A DNA stretch of 63,726 bases, counting the filler, from Saprolegnia diclina VS20 (taxonomy: Eukaryota): NCBI RefSeq assembly GCF_000281045.1. It is 22 parts of 18 records of this genome, joined end to end, with 100 filler letters (N's around TTAATTAATTAA, not from the genome) between each part and the next. Parts side by side here need not be neighbours in the genome. Positions count along the whole stretch, not along the records: positions 43,370 to 48,178 come from NW_008246334.1; positions 48,279 to 49,381 come from NW_008246335.1; positions 49,482 to 51,770 come from NW_008246336.1; positions 51,871 to 56,459 come from NW_008246338.1; positions 56,560 to 61,159 come from NW_008246339.1; 17 more parts are not named here. One strand, given 5' to 3'. Both the position numbers and the translations under genes were made by a program. Shown here in pieces: positions 45,812 to 57,191 of the stretch. The notes under the pieces were generated by a model, which made no database searches, was not told the DNA's origin, and saw only the letters and a list, made by a program, of their open reading frames with translations. Numbering within the stretch: the first letter of the stretch is position 1; every line of letters starts with the position of its first letter.

Positions 45812-46605
45812 GCTTCTTGCGACTGCGCAGTAACTGGATAAGATGCAAACGCGCGGTGATTGGCCATCTCGCCAAGCCATTTCAGCCAGTCACGGACGAG
45901 AGCAATCACTCCGCAACCAACACAGCGACAAATGGCCGACGGGGCAGGGTACGTTGGGTTCACAAGGCTCGGCGCCGGCATGCCCGTGAATCTGACGGCG
46001 TGGATGATGGCCCATGGGAATTTGCATATTCGCTTGCACGGTAGTCGCAGGATGATGATGATTCGTGCTTGCCAGTGTGCTTGAAAGGTACACTGTGAGC
46101 GATGCATTGGTGCGATGCTGGAGCTGTGGAGCTGAGCTGTGGAGCTCAGCAGGTAGCACATTGAAGCTATGGAGATCAGCAGGTAGCAAATTGCTGAGCT
46201 GTGGATGTGTGTATGCGACGATGGGTACAAAGCGCGTACTACGTAGGTGTGTGAACGAGCAATGCTCCACGCAACGCTGTAATAGCGCTCGGTTGCTCTG
46301 TGCATGGCACCGAGAGTTGGCGCTGAGACCCACGAAGACTCCATCTACGACTAAGATTGGCACTAAGTCTAAGAAGGATACCCGCGGCGTCCGCGCTTGA
46401 TCTTGATAGCGCGCCAAAATCGGCAAGCGCCGTCAACGTCAATACTGCGAAACAGCATATCAATTGAGATATTGAAAAATAGAGGTTTTTGGAAAGGCCA
46501 CTCGATTGGACAAAAAGACAGGCTTTGTGCTGTTTTGTGCGCTTGGATTGGGTGAAATGGCGGCGCAGCGTCGAGATTCCATTGCCGACAAGAGCACGCG
46601 GGACG

Positions 46606-47539
46606 ATGGCGTCAACGCTGCTGCTGCCGCTGACGCTTCCACCGAAGACGGCTGCGCGTGCCAAGCGGCCGCTGGGGAAGCTGCCAGCGACGAAGGCGGC
46701 GCCCACCAAGCGGCCGCTGGCGTCGTCCAAGAAGTACGGTGGCCCGCGCCTCATCACGGCCGCTGGGAAGAACGTGTGTCTCCTGTGCCGCAGCGCCCGG
46801 CGCCATAAGAAACGATGCCCGACGCAGATGGAGCGCGTGAGGTCCGCGCCGTGGCTGCCGCAATGCAATCTCACGCCCATGTCTCTAGGAGCGACTACAT
46901 CATGGACGTACCCGAGGTGGCCGTCGCCACAGCGCCACCCATAACGACCTGCGCTACCAAGACGACCGACGACGATAATGACGCGTATAGCAGCGTGGGC
47001 ACCGAGAGCGAAACGCGGCTGTTCCACCACTTTCTGCCGCGCTGCCCGGCCGACGACTTTGGCGCGATGGCCACGCAGTGGAACACGCTGCTTCGCGCGT
47101 GGCGCTTGTCCGACTGTGTCGAGATCGAGGTGACGACGGGCTGTATCACAGTACGCTTTCTCTGCCTACGCATGTAGCTCATGGCTTGTGTGCGTAGCTG
47201 GCCGACGTCATGTTCAAAACGCCCCAGCACCTCGCGACGTACGCGCGGAGCGTGGCGCCAGTGCCCACCGCAAAGCCTCGCCGTCGCCGTCGCGAAGACA
47301 ACGATGACAGTAGCCCCAACGCTGCGAGCAAACGACAGTACCTGCCGTGTCCCCACTGCGGACACAAGACCCGGCGCCACTATGGCGACGTCGGCGACAA
47401 GTGCGCGCTCTTTGTCTACTACAAGCTCCGGAGCTTTGGCGCGACCTCGTATACGTTTGACCAGGCGATCCTCGACTTTGAGCATTTTCAAAAGCCTTTG
47501 ACGCTACCTCAGCAGCGCAATGGCAGCTACATTGTGTAA
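46606..47539 (+). CDS. Three-exon Zn-motif hypothetical protein (duplicate of 1243-2176)
   Basis: Exons 46606-46841, 46889-47150, 47198-47539. Confidence 0.7.
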
Positions 47540-48016
47540 AGCGAGATCAATACGACGCTATCGATGGGGGATGCAGTTCATCGAGCCTAGGGTTAGCGAC
47601 AGACCCTAAACCTATATAGCGATAAGACCCCTTCCATCGCCACGGCTATCCATGCTGTCTCCATGCTCGTTTGGCACATGGCGAGTTCGTTTTTGGCACT
47701 GTTAGGTCAAGCGACCCACTGGTTTAGCGACCACATCGAGGCACGGACATGCTACGTGGTAGCGGCCACCGAGTGCGGCCACCGAGTGCGGCCACCGAGT
47801 GCGGCTCGTCTCACATCTCTAGCCACTCTCTACATGCCTTTCCAATGAGGTCTTAGCCCGCCAGCACCGCTGCGTCATCGAAGGAACAAACGAGGCGGCT
47901 CTCTCTTCATATCACGACCACCACCACGCCCACCATAAACGCTAAGAGAATAAACTTCGTACAGAAAACGTCATCTATCGTCCTTCATTCCGTATCGACA
48001 TCGACTACACTAGCTT

Positions 48017-48178
48017 CTACTCGGCCGTCGATGGCGTCGTGGGCGACGTGATCCGGTCGAGGTACCCGCCTTCGTCGCAGAGTTCAAAGAAGATGCCTTC
48101 GCCGGCGTCGATGAGCGACTGCGGCGTGTCGCACTGCACGCAGCGGCCTTGGTCAAACACCATGATGCGGTCGCAGTC
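48017..48178 (-). CDS. ABCC transporter extreme C-terminus (duplicate of 604-765)
   Basis: Reverse complement of 604-765. Confidence 0.9.
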   Translation of the reverse strand, partial: DCDRIMVFDQGRCVQCDTPQSLIDAGEGIFFELCDEGGYLDRITSPTTPSTAE

Positions 48179-48278
48179 NNNNNNNNNNNNNNNNNNNNNN
48201 NNNNNNNNNNNNNNNNNNNNNNTTAATTAATTAANNNNNNNNNNNNNNNNNNNNNNNNNNNNNNNNNNNNNNNNNNNN

Positions 48279-49381
48279 GGGCGGCAGCTCTCAGACTGTC
48301 AGCTGTGCGCACCGGGGCAGTACTGCAATACGACGGGTGCCGTGGCGCCGAGTGGTCCGTGCGACCCGGGGTACTTTTGCCAGTTCAACAACGCTGTGGC
48401 GCGGCCGACTGGTATATCGACCGTGAACGGCGTACAACTGGGTGGCGGCATATGTCCGGTGGCCAACTTTTGTTCTGGCGGGTCGAGCGCACCGACGGTG
48501 TGTGCGGCCGGGACGTACTCGATCAGTACGGGTGCGAGTCAGTGCACGCCGTGTCCTGCCGGTATACCTCATCACATGTGAATCGGTACAAACTCTCCAT
48601 GGATGTAGGTTATTACTGTCCGGCGGGGACGAGCGACTACAGTGGGCTGGCGTGTCCGCAAGGGTACTACTGTCCACAAGGGACTCGCACGATGCACGAG
48701 TATCCGTGTCCGAAAGGCACGTACAGCAACCAAACGACGCTCCAGAANNNNNNNNNNNNNNNNNNNNNNNNNNNNNNNNNNNNNNNNNNNNNNNNNNNNN
48801 NNNNNNNNNNNNNNNNNNNNNNNNNNNNNNNNNNNNNNNNNNNNNNNGGGCGGCAGCTCTCAGACTGTCAGCTGTGCGCACCGGGGCAGTACTGCAATAC
48901 GACGGGTGCCGTGGCGCCGAGTGGTCCGTGCGACCCGGGGTATTTTTGCCAGTTCAACAACGCCGTGGCGCAGCCGACTGGTGTATCGACCGTGAATGGC
49001 GTACAACTGGGTGGCGGCATATGTCCGGTGGCCAACTTTTGTCCTGGCGGGTCGAGCGCACCGACGGTGTGTGCGGCCGGGACATACTCGATCAGTACGG
49101 GTGCGAGTCAGTGCACGCCGTGTCCTGCCGGTATACCTCACCACTATCTTCATATGAATCAAACTCTCTGTGGGTGTAGGTTATTACTGTCCGGCGGGGA
49201 CGAGCGACTATAGTGGGCTGGCGTGTCCACAAGGATACTACTGTCCACAAGGGACTCGCACGATGCACGAGTATCCGTGTCCGAAAGGCACGTACAGCAC
49301 CCAAACGACGCTCCAGAACGTTACGCAGTGCGTGTATGCACCGGGTGGCATGTACGTCGATATTGTCGGCGCCACGGCGCC
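48279..49381 (+). CDS. Internal fragment of a large Cys-rich GCC2/GCC3 (ephrin-receptor-like) repeat surface protein; two near-identical copies either side of a gap
   Basis: CxPGxYC and CPxGxYCPxG repeats; phase-1 intron after CPAG in both copies (GTATAC...GTAG), with diverged intron sequence. Confidence 0.85.
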
Positions 49382-50674
49382 NNNNNNNNNNNNNNNNNNN
49401 NNNNNNNNNNNNNNNNNNNNNNNNNTTAATTAATTAANNNNNNNNNNNNNNNNNNNNNNNNNNNNNNNNNNNNNNNNNNNNGCCTGGACAGGTTCCTGAC
49501 TCGTTTTCTTCGAACTTCGAATCCGGATACAGCGGCAATACAATTCATAGTCACCGTGCTCTTACCACGCAAAATATCAACAAAATTGGAGCTCGCTGGC
49601 TTGGGCCTACTTGTCCGGATTCTGGTGCTTCCTGGTGCTGGTCGTCCGGCTGGCCCTGGCACTTCGTTCTTCGTTTTATGTTGCATATTTTAATCAAGAT
49701 AGAGTCAAATGGGCTAGGAGCGAGGACCATACTGAGATCAAGTAAAATTGAACTACGGGCCTGTTCTTGTGCACAGATCAACGGGATCGTAGACGCCACC
49801 TAGCATCGGAACACGACCTCACGCAAGAGCACTCTGGACACGGATACTCGAATGGATTTATATGTCTTTTTCTGGTCTCTTGGCAAGTGCTCACTTTCAA
49901 ATGGCGAGTGGAGACAGGACCGAGTAGACGACTCTGCAGTCTGTTGTTGAGGTGCGAGTGTACACGCGCAGGAATCGCGAAGAAGTAGCCGACCGATGCA
50001 GCAACTTTGCGTCCGTCGGAAAAGAATTCTTTGCAGCTGATGACGGGCTTTTGGCCCGAAAGTGCAACGGCCGCACGCAGGCGCTTACGGCCTCATCACG
50101 TGGAAGAGACTCATCGCTTACGTACTCAGCAGCAAATGCCGAAGGTGGTCAAGAACGTGGCGTGCATGGCGGCCGCGTTGGGTGCCTCGGCACAAAAGAC
50201 TTGGTCGTTTTGAGCGAGCCAGACGGTCCGAAGCACGCAGGAGCGTCGGATCAGCCAATGGATGCCTGCCTAGTCTTGCTCCTCTTCGTCGCCAAGGACG
50301 CTTACGGCCGCGAGTGACGCTCCATTTGCACTCCTCGCAATAGACGGTAGCGCACATCAAGTCAACGACTTACCTGCATAACGGATCTTTTTTTCTGGCT
50401 CTGGTGTCCCCTCCTTCGAAGTCTCGCCCGAAGACTATATATATGCAACCCTACCCCGCTACACCGAGTACAAACGTATCAGAATCCACCGCTGCTGCCG
50501 TCAGTCCCAATACGCTCGGAGTCCAAAGTCCACCCCAAAAATGGTTCGGTGTACTAGTATAATAAGTTATATCTAAGATAAATCGACTCACTTCAACAAC
50601 GATGCTCGACATCATGGTCTTCGAGATGCACCATCCATAAAGGTGTCACGGGGTATCAGAGTATTATGTATTGT

Positions 50675-51283
50675 TTATGGCTGAAGGGCATACGTCCACA
50701 CCATCGAGGCGGTGGTTTGGTTGCCGTGCGGCGCCGAAAGCGTAAAGACCGGTTGGAAGAGGTCAGGCGGCGGGATCTGGTCGCCGTCGCAGCCGTCGCA
50801 GCGCGCGAGGTACTTGCCGTTCGCGATGTTGCGGAGCATAATTTGGTTGGAGCCGACGACCGTGCACGCCCATTGATGCGCGTTCGACGCGCCGTTGACG
50901 GTGAAGGGCAGCATGACCTGGTCGGGCTCAGCGATACCGGGCGACAGGTCCATGCTCGGCGCCAGCACATTGGTGCCAATCCCGCTAAAGCCGTTGGCGT
51001 GGAGCGCGACGAGGTGCCCGTCCAGCGGCTGAATAGTCCACGTATTGCTCTTCATACTGGTCACGAACGCGCCAAAGTCCTTGGCGTCTTTGACGCAGTT
51101 GCTGCAGGCGTACAAGCTGCCGCCGTTGTCCGCCGTGAGCGTCACGACCGTGCTTTTGGCAAATGCGCACGGCGGACCGACGGGATTCGTCGGAGCCGTG
51201 GTGGGCATCTCGCCGCACGCGTCGTGGCCCAAGACCGACGCGACGACGGTGGCGACGAAGTAAGCAAGGCGGTGTCCGTGCAT
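50675..51283 (-). CDS. Secreted fascin-like beta-trefoil protein
   Basis: Signal peptide; three repeats VTLTADNG, VALHANG, IMLRNIANGKYLARCDGC, each followed by a Trp. Confidence 0.65.
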   Translation of the reverse strand: MHGHRLAYFVATVVASVLGHDACGEMPTTAPTNPVGPPCAFAKSTVVTLTADNGGSLYACSNCVKDAKDFGAFVTSMKSNTWTIQPLDGHLVALHANGFSGIGTNVLAPSMDLSPGIAEPDQVMLPFTVNGASNAHQWACTVVGSNQIMLRNIANGKYLARCDGCDGDQIPPPDLFQPVFTLSAPHGNQTTASMVWTYALQP

Positions 51284-51472
51284 GGTGGGGTGGAAGCGCG
51301 AAATCGAGAATGACGTCCGAACAAGTGAGCCAAAACCAAGGGAATAAGAACTAGTTATTCCCTTGGCCAAAATGAACCAACCGTATGAGATCATACACAA
51401 AGTTAGTATGGTGTCACCCCATCATGACATGTTTGTGTTTCGACTTGTTGTCGCTGCGAAAATTTGGATCGC

Positions 51473-51560
51473 CTGATAGCTTTTGCTGATAGCTTTTGCT
51501 GATAGCTTTTGCTGATGGGAGCTGATGGCAGTTGCTGATACGAGTTGATGGCAGTTGCTC
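51473..51560. repeat. 13-bp tandem repeat (GCTGATAGCTTTT) x3 decaying into GCTGATGGCAGTT variants
   Basis: Read directly. Confidence 0.85.
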
Positions 51561-51974
51561 ACACTGTTGCGTGCGTCGTCGCGCGAGACGGCGCATGAGA
51601 AAGACGTGTGGACGGACGACATAGATGCGGTTGGTGGGTGAGTAGTGTAGACCACCTTGTAGACCAGTACCCTCGGCCGCCTCGTCTCACGGGCGGTCAG
51701 AACGTCCTACCACTGCAATAGTAATTGCATTACGTTGCAGTGACCTGTCTGCAAGACGCGGTGACTAAGGNNNNNNNNNNNNNNNNNNNNNNNNNNNNNN
51801 NNNNNNNNNNNNNNTTAATTAATTAANNNNNNNNNNNNNNNNNNNNNNNNNNNNNNNNNNNNNNNNNNNNCCACCAACATCATCGAACTTGTTTTCTGAG
51901 TTTTGGACCGTCGCTTCGAACACAAACGTAGAAGTTGTCTATATATGATACTCGTATTAGCAGGCGCTAAAGCC

Positions 51975-53468
51975 TTAGTCGCCACGGCAGCCAAAATGCT
52001 TGTCGTTGATGTCGGCGTAGTGCGGCAACTCGATCGGCGCCGACCCATCGAGGATCGCATTCAGCACTTGGACCTGCTTGGACGTCGTCTGGACGCGCCA
52101 GAGCGACTTGAACTGCGGCTTCAAGTCGACGACGCCGCCGGGGAGACACTTGCTGTAGTACATGACGACGACCTTGTAGATCTCGGCTTCGATCTTGTCG
52201 TCGGAGAAGAGCGCGTCGCGACCCGCCGCCACGAGGTCCGTGCGCCAGCTCATGTAGGCGTCGACCGCCGTGTCGTGCTTGGCCGTGACAAAGTTTTGGA
52301 GGTCGCCGTTCGCATCGCGCGGTGTCATGGGCACGTCGATCTCGTCGGCGAGCTGGCGCAAATTGGTCTTGGTCGTGAGGCCACCCGCGAGGCTGCAGTT
52401 GGTGTAGAGGTCGGCCATGACGCCGGCAAACTGGTAGCTGTAGCTGTTGGTGCCGAGGTCTGTGTTGTCCGTGAGCTGGTAATAGCTCGTGGGGACGTCG
52501 CGAAAGTACTGGCTGACGCCGCTGCCCGGGTGGCGGACATTAATCGAAGTGCCGTTGGCGTGGATGACGTTCATCGTGATGCTCGAGTTGGCCGTGATGG
52601 GCGCACCGTTGACGACGCAGCCTTCGAACGAGAGGCGGCTGGTCGCGCGCTCGGACGCTTTGACGACGCCCTTGGCGCGGCACTTGTAGAAGATCGTGTT
52701 GAGCGCGTCGATCGTCGTGTGGTGCGAGTAGAAGATCGGGTCGGAGGGCGACACGAAGGGGTTGCCCATGGCGCCTTGGAGGACGTTGTGGACGTTGTTG
52801 TGCGGGTTGGCTTCGATGGCCGAGTTGACCGACGCGACGTCCGGTCCAGAGAAGAGATCGTCTTTGACACCGGTGAAGCCGAGCTCGGTCGGGTACTGCA
52901 GCCGGGTGTAGTCGCCGCGCGGCACACACTTGGCACACGCCTTCTTGGCGGTAGGCGTCGTCGCCGGGTGCTGGCAGTAGTGATCGAGCGGCGGCGTCGC
53001 GTCGCAGCGGCCGTAAATGTCGTAGTCGCCAATCTTGACCGTCATGCGACTGCCGCTCGCAAAACTGCCGAGCTGACCGAGGATCGGCGAGCACTCGGCG
53101 ATCGACTTGCACTGGCGCGTCGTGTACTTGGCGTTGTGGTTGACATAGTCAAAGTACGGCAGCGTCACGCACGCATACTCGGGCGAGAGCGACCGCAGCA
53201 TGTTTTCAAACCCGACGAGGAACTGGCGGTGCCAGTACATAAAGACGCACGTGTTGTGGGCCTCCATGTTGGACATTTCTTCGCGGTGCATCGAGAGGAA
53301 GCGCTCGTACGCGCCTGCGTCCATGGCCGTCTGGATCGCCGACTTGTAGAGCGTCTTCTCGGGCGTCGAGAGTGCGTCCCACGACTTGCGGACGCGGTCG
53401 GGGCATGCAGCGGTGGCGACGGAGGACAAGAGACCGAGGCCCAAGAGCGACAAGGAGAGAGCGACCAT
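51975..53468 (-). CDS. Secreted tyrosinase (type-3 copper protein), 497 aa
   Basis: Signal peptide; RVRKSW; CuA H...AHNTCVFMYWHR; CuB PHNNVH...SPSDPIFYSHH. Confidence 0.93.
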   Translation of the reverse strand: MVALSLSLLGLGLLSSVATAACPDRVRKSWDALSTPEKTLYKSAIQTAMDAGAYERFLSMHREEMSNMEAHNTCVFMYWHRQFLVGFENMLRSLSPEYACVTLPYFDYVNHNAKYTTRQCKSIAECSPILGQLGSFASGSRMTVKIGDYDIYGRCDATPPLDHYCQHPATTPTAKKACAKCVPRGDYTRLQYPTELGFTGVKDDLFSGPDVASVNSAIEANPHNNVHNVLQGAMGNPFVSPSDPIFYSHHTTIDALNTIFYKCRAKGVVKASERATSRLSFEGCVVNGAPITANSSITMNVIHANGTSINVRHPGSGVSQYFRDVPTSYYQLTDNTDLGTNSYSYQFAGVMADLYTNCSLAGGLTTKTNLRQLADEIDVPMTPRDANGDLQNFVTAKHDTAVDAYMSWRTDLVAAGRDALFSDDKIEAEIYKVVVMYYSKCLPGGVVDLKPQFKSLWRVQTTSKQVQVLNAILDGSAPIELPHYADINDKHFGCRGD

Positions 53469-56459
53469 TGGCGTAGGCGAGTGGAAATGGAAAAGTGAGA
53501 ACGTTCTGGTCTCGTGGCGCTCGTCGAGGCAGCGACCACTCGTTCAAACAAGACGAAAAGCTTGACGCATACGATGCGCCAAACTCCGCGTTGTCTGGAC
53601 ACAGTGCGAAATTGGCGGTTGCCATCGTCTGTCACATGACAAAACATACGGTCCTCCGTGGACCCTGCTCAGAAACGGCCACGCAAGTGTGATCGAGCCA
53701 CTGTTGCTAGGCCGTTGACGAGGCGTGCAAGGACATAAATGAGCCATCGACTGACGCCATTACAACGAGGTCCACTTGATGCCAAGGTGCAAGCGATGCA
53801 TGCAAGGATAGAGCGGTTATGCAATACCATCTCAGGGGTGTCTCCAAACGCTGGAGGCTGGAGAGACTGCAGGGTGAGATCGTGGTTGACGTCATCCGAC
53901 CCATTGCAACCACGAGGCAGCAAGTGGAGGCGTGTCGTAGAGCACGTACGAACCACACACGCTGCACATACGAACCAGCTGCTACCATTGGTTATCCACC
54001 AGCAGGTGACTACTGCGTGCATGGACAGGTCGGGCACCCAATGACATGGCAAATGCAAACGCACTCACTGTAGACGGCCCATGCGACGATGGGTGTTTTG
54101 AACTTGGACTTGCCCTGAACGCCATTACGTTGTACCAGGAGGTGTACACGGGATAACACGAGAGGTAATAGACCCGGAGACAAACAAAAAGACGGTACAT
54201 GAACACAACGAAAAAATAGAAGAGGGCCGCTAACAATGGAAAAGAGTGACCACCAAAACAATAATGTGCAACTGACTGCACACAAACACGAGATGACAGG
54301 CCCAGCGCAAAGAAAACATCAGACTATCCCGTGTACACCTCCTGGTACAACGTAATGGCGTTCAGGGCAAGTCCAAGTTCAAAACACCCATCGTCGCATG
54401 GGCCGTCTACAGTGAGTGCGTTTGCATTTGCCATGTCATTGGGTGCCCGACCTGTCCATGCACGCAGTAGTCACCTGCTGGTGGATAACCAATGGTAGCA
54501 GCTGGTTCGTATGTGCAGCGTGTGTGGTTCGTACGTGCTCTACGACACGCCTCCACTTGCTGCCTCGTGGTTGCAATGGGTCGGATGACGTCAACCACGA
54601 TCTCACCCTGCAGTCTCTCCAGCCTCCAGCGTTTGGAGACACCCCTGAGATGGTATTGCATAACCGCTCTATCCTTGCATGCATCGCTTGCACCTTGGCA
54701 TCAAGTGGACCTCGTTGTAATGGCGTCAGTCGATGGCTCATTTATGTCCTTGCACGCCTCGTCAACGGCCTAGCAACAGTGGCTCGATCACACTTGCGTG
54801 GCCGTTTCTGAGCAGGGTCCACGGAGGACCGTATGTTTTGTCATGTGACAGACGATGGCAACCGCCAATTTCGCACTGTGTCCAGACAACGCGGAGTTTG
54901 GCGCATCGTATGCGTCAAGCTTTTCGTCTTGTTTGAACGAGTGGTCGCTGCCTCGACGAGCGCCACGAGACCAGAACGTTCTCACTTTTCCATTTCCACT
55001 CGCCTACGCCAATGGTCGCTCTCTCCTTGTCGCTCTTGGGCCTCGGTCTCTTGTCCTCCGTCGCCACCGCTGCATGCCCCGACCGCGTCCGCAAGTCGTG
55101 GGACGCACTCTCGACGCCCGAGAAGACGCTCTACAAGTCGGCGATCCAGACGGCCATGGACGCAGGCGCGTACGAGCGCTTCCTCTCGATGCACCGCGAA
55201 GAAATGTCCAACATGGAGGCCCACAACACGTGCGTCTTTATGTACTGGCACCGCCAGTTCCTCGTCGGGTTTGAAAACATGCTGCGGTCGCTCTCGCCCG
55301 AGTATGCCTGCGTGACGCTACCGTACTTTGACTATGTCAACCACAACGCCAAGTACACGACGCGCCAGTGCAAGTCGATCGCCGAGTGCTCGCCGATCCT
55401 CGGTCAGCTCGGCAGTTTTGCGAGCGGCAGTCGCATGACGGTCAAGATTGGCGACTACGACATTTACGGCCGCTGCGACGCGACGCCGCCGCTCGATCAC
55501 TACTGCCAGCACCCGGCGACGACGCCTACCGCCAAGAAGGCGTGTGCCAAGTGTGTGCCGCGCGGCGACTACACCCGGCTGCAGTACCCGACCGAGCTCG
55601 GCTTCACCGGTGTCAAAGACGATCTCTTCTCTGGACCGGACGTCGCGTCGGTCAACTCGGCCATCGAAGCCAACCCGCACAACAACGTCCACAACGTCCT
55701 CCAAGGCGCCATGGGCAACCCCTTCGTGTCGCCCTCCGACCCGATCTTCTACTCGCACCACACGACGATCGACGCGCTCAACACGATCTTCTACAAGTGC
55801 CGCGCCAAGGGCGTCGTCAAAGCGTCCGAGCGCGCGACCAGCCGCCTCTCGTTCGAAGGCTGCGTCGTCAACGGTGCGCCCATCACGGCCAACTCGAGCA
55901 TCACGATGAACGTCATCCACGCCAACGGCACCTCGATTAACGTCCGCCACCCGGGCAGCGGCGTCAGCCAGTACTTTCACGACGTCCCCACGAGCTACTA
56001 CCAGCTCACGGACAACACAGACCTCGGCACCAACAGCTACAGCTACCAGTTTGCCGGCGTCATGGCCGACCTCTACACCAACTGCAGCCTCGCGGGTGGC
56101 CTCACGACCAAGACCAATTTGCGCCAGCTCGCCGACGAGATCGACGTGCCCATGACACCGCGCGATGCGAACGGCGACCTCCAAAACTTTGTCACGGCCA
56201 AGCACGACACGGCAGTCGACGCCTACATGAGCTGGCGCACGGACCTCGTGGCGGCGGGTCGCGACGCGCTCTTCTCCGACGACAAGATCGAAGCCGAGAT
56301 CTACAAGGTCGTCGTCATGTACTACAGCAAGTGTCTCCCCGGCGGCGTCGTCGACTTGAAGCCCCAGTTCAAGTCGCTCTGGCGCGTCCAGACGACGTCC
56401 AAGCAGGTCCAAGTGCTAAATGCGATCCTCGATGGGTCGGCGCCGATCGAGTTGCCGCA
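52021..56459. repeat. Large inverted repeat: arms 52021-54155 and 54325-56459, 169-bp A-rich spacer
   Basis: Mirror sum 108480; arms differ by scattered, mostly synonymous SNPs and one R/H change. Confidence 0.95.
55012..56459 (+). CDS. Secreted tyrosinase, inverted duplicate (3' partial)
   Basis: Near-identical to 51975-53468. Confidence 0.93.
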
Positions 56460-56559
56460 NNNNNNNNNNNNNNNNNNNNNNNNNNNNNNNNNNNNNNNNN
56501 NNNTTAATTAATTAANNNNNNNNNNNNNNNNNNNNNNNNNNNNNNNNNNNNNNNNNNNN

Positions 56560-57191
56560 GCGATGCGCTCGCGCTCGAGCTCCAGTTCCATGACGCGCAG
56601 CTGAAACTCCGCGTCCGTCGTCTTGCGGCTTGGCACTGGATTGTCGTCGTCGTCGTCGGATGCTGCGATGCTGGTCCGAGGTCGCTTGGGGCCGCGGGCT
56701 ACTGGAGCTGGCGCTGGCGCTGGCTCTCGAACAAGACGCGCCGGTTCGTCGGGCTCGCTTCTTGGTGTCTTCTTGCTCATGATCTCCTTGGCCTTTGCCT
56801 TGTTGTGGTCGTCGATGCGCCTGACAATCTCGTCCAGAAGCCTAATCTTGGGCGTGTCGTTCTCGCCGGATGCGTATTTCGCCTGCTTCATGTACAGCCG
56901 GTGGGCCTCGATGAGCTTGAAGAAGCGACTGGACGCTTTCTTGCCGTTGACGCCTGGTCGTCCGAAGTCCGGAGCCTGGCTGATGCTGGCCGCGGTGGCA
57001 TCCCAGGCCGCCATGAGGCCCCTCTCGGCCAAGAATGGGCGATCAGTGTTGGCCTGCGTGAGCAAGATGAGGTCGTCCTTGTGCGCCCACCACGTCGTCC
57101 TGGGTGCAGCTTCGACTGCGACGTCATGACGGTCGGTGGAGGCGTCGTTCTCGTCGTCCGAGCGGACGGCCGACTGGTCGGTGCTCTGCAT
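56560..57191 (-). CDS. Myb/SANT-like protein, second copy of 38016-38792 (3' partial)
   Basis: One aa difference seen (T/S); upstream DNA near-identical to ~57845 and diverged but similar to ~58035. Confidence 0.8.

Larger units (their letters stand above)
43370..48178. repeat. Whole scaffold is a near-identical reverse complement of 604-5412
   Basis: Coordinates mirror about sum 48782; identical ORF translations; a few SNPs near 1157-1213. Confidence 0.97.

Noticed and set aside
48279..49317. Tandem duplication of the GCC2/GCC3 exon pair as a novel array
   Set aside because: Both copies start at the same base after gaps; cannot be distinguished from side-by-side alleles, and internal repeats are normal for this family.
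49950..50320. Protein-like minus-strand frame with several stops; similar decayed frames at 23500-24480 and 61600-62180
   Set aside because: Possibly old gene or transposon relics, but I cannot assign a family from the sequence alone.
51903..53498. Long antisense ORFs (531 aa here; also 5465-6979, 8181-9110, 55318-56412)
   Set aside because: Shadows of GC3-rich genuine genes on the opposite strand; no motifs.
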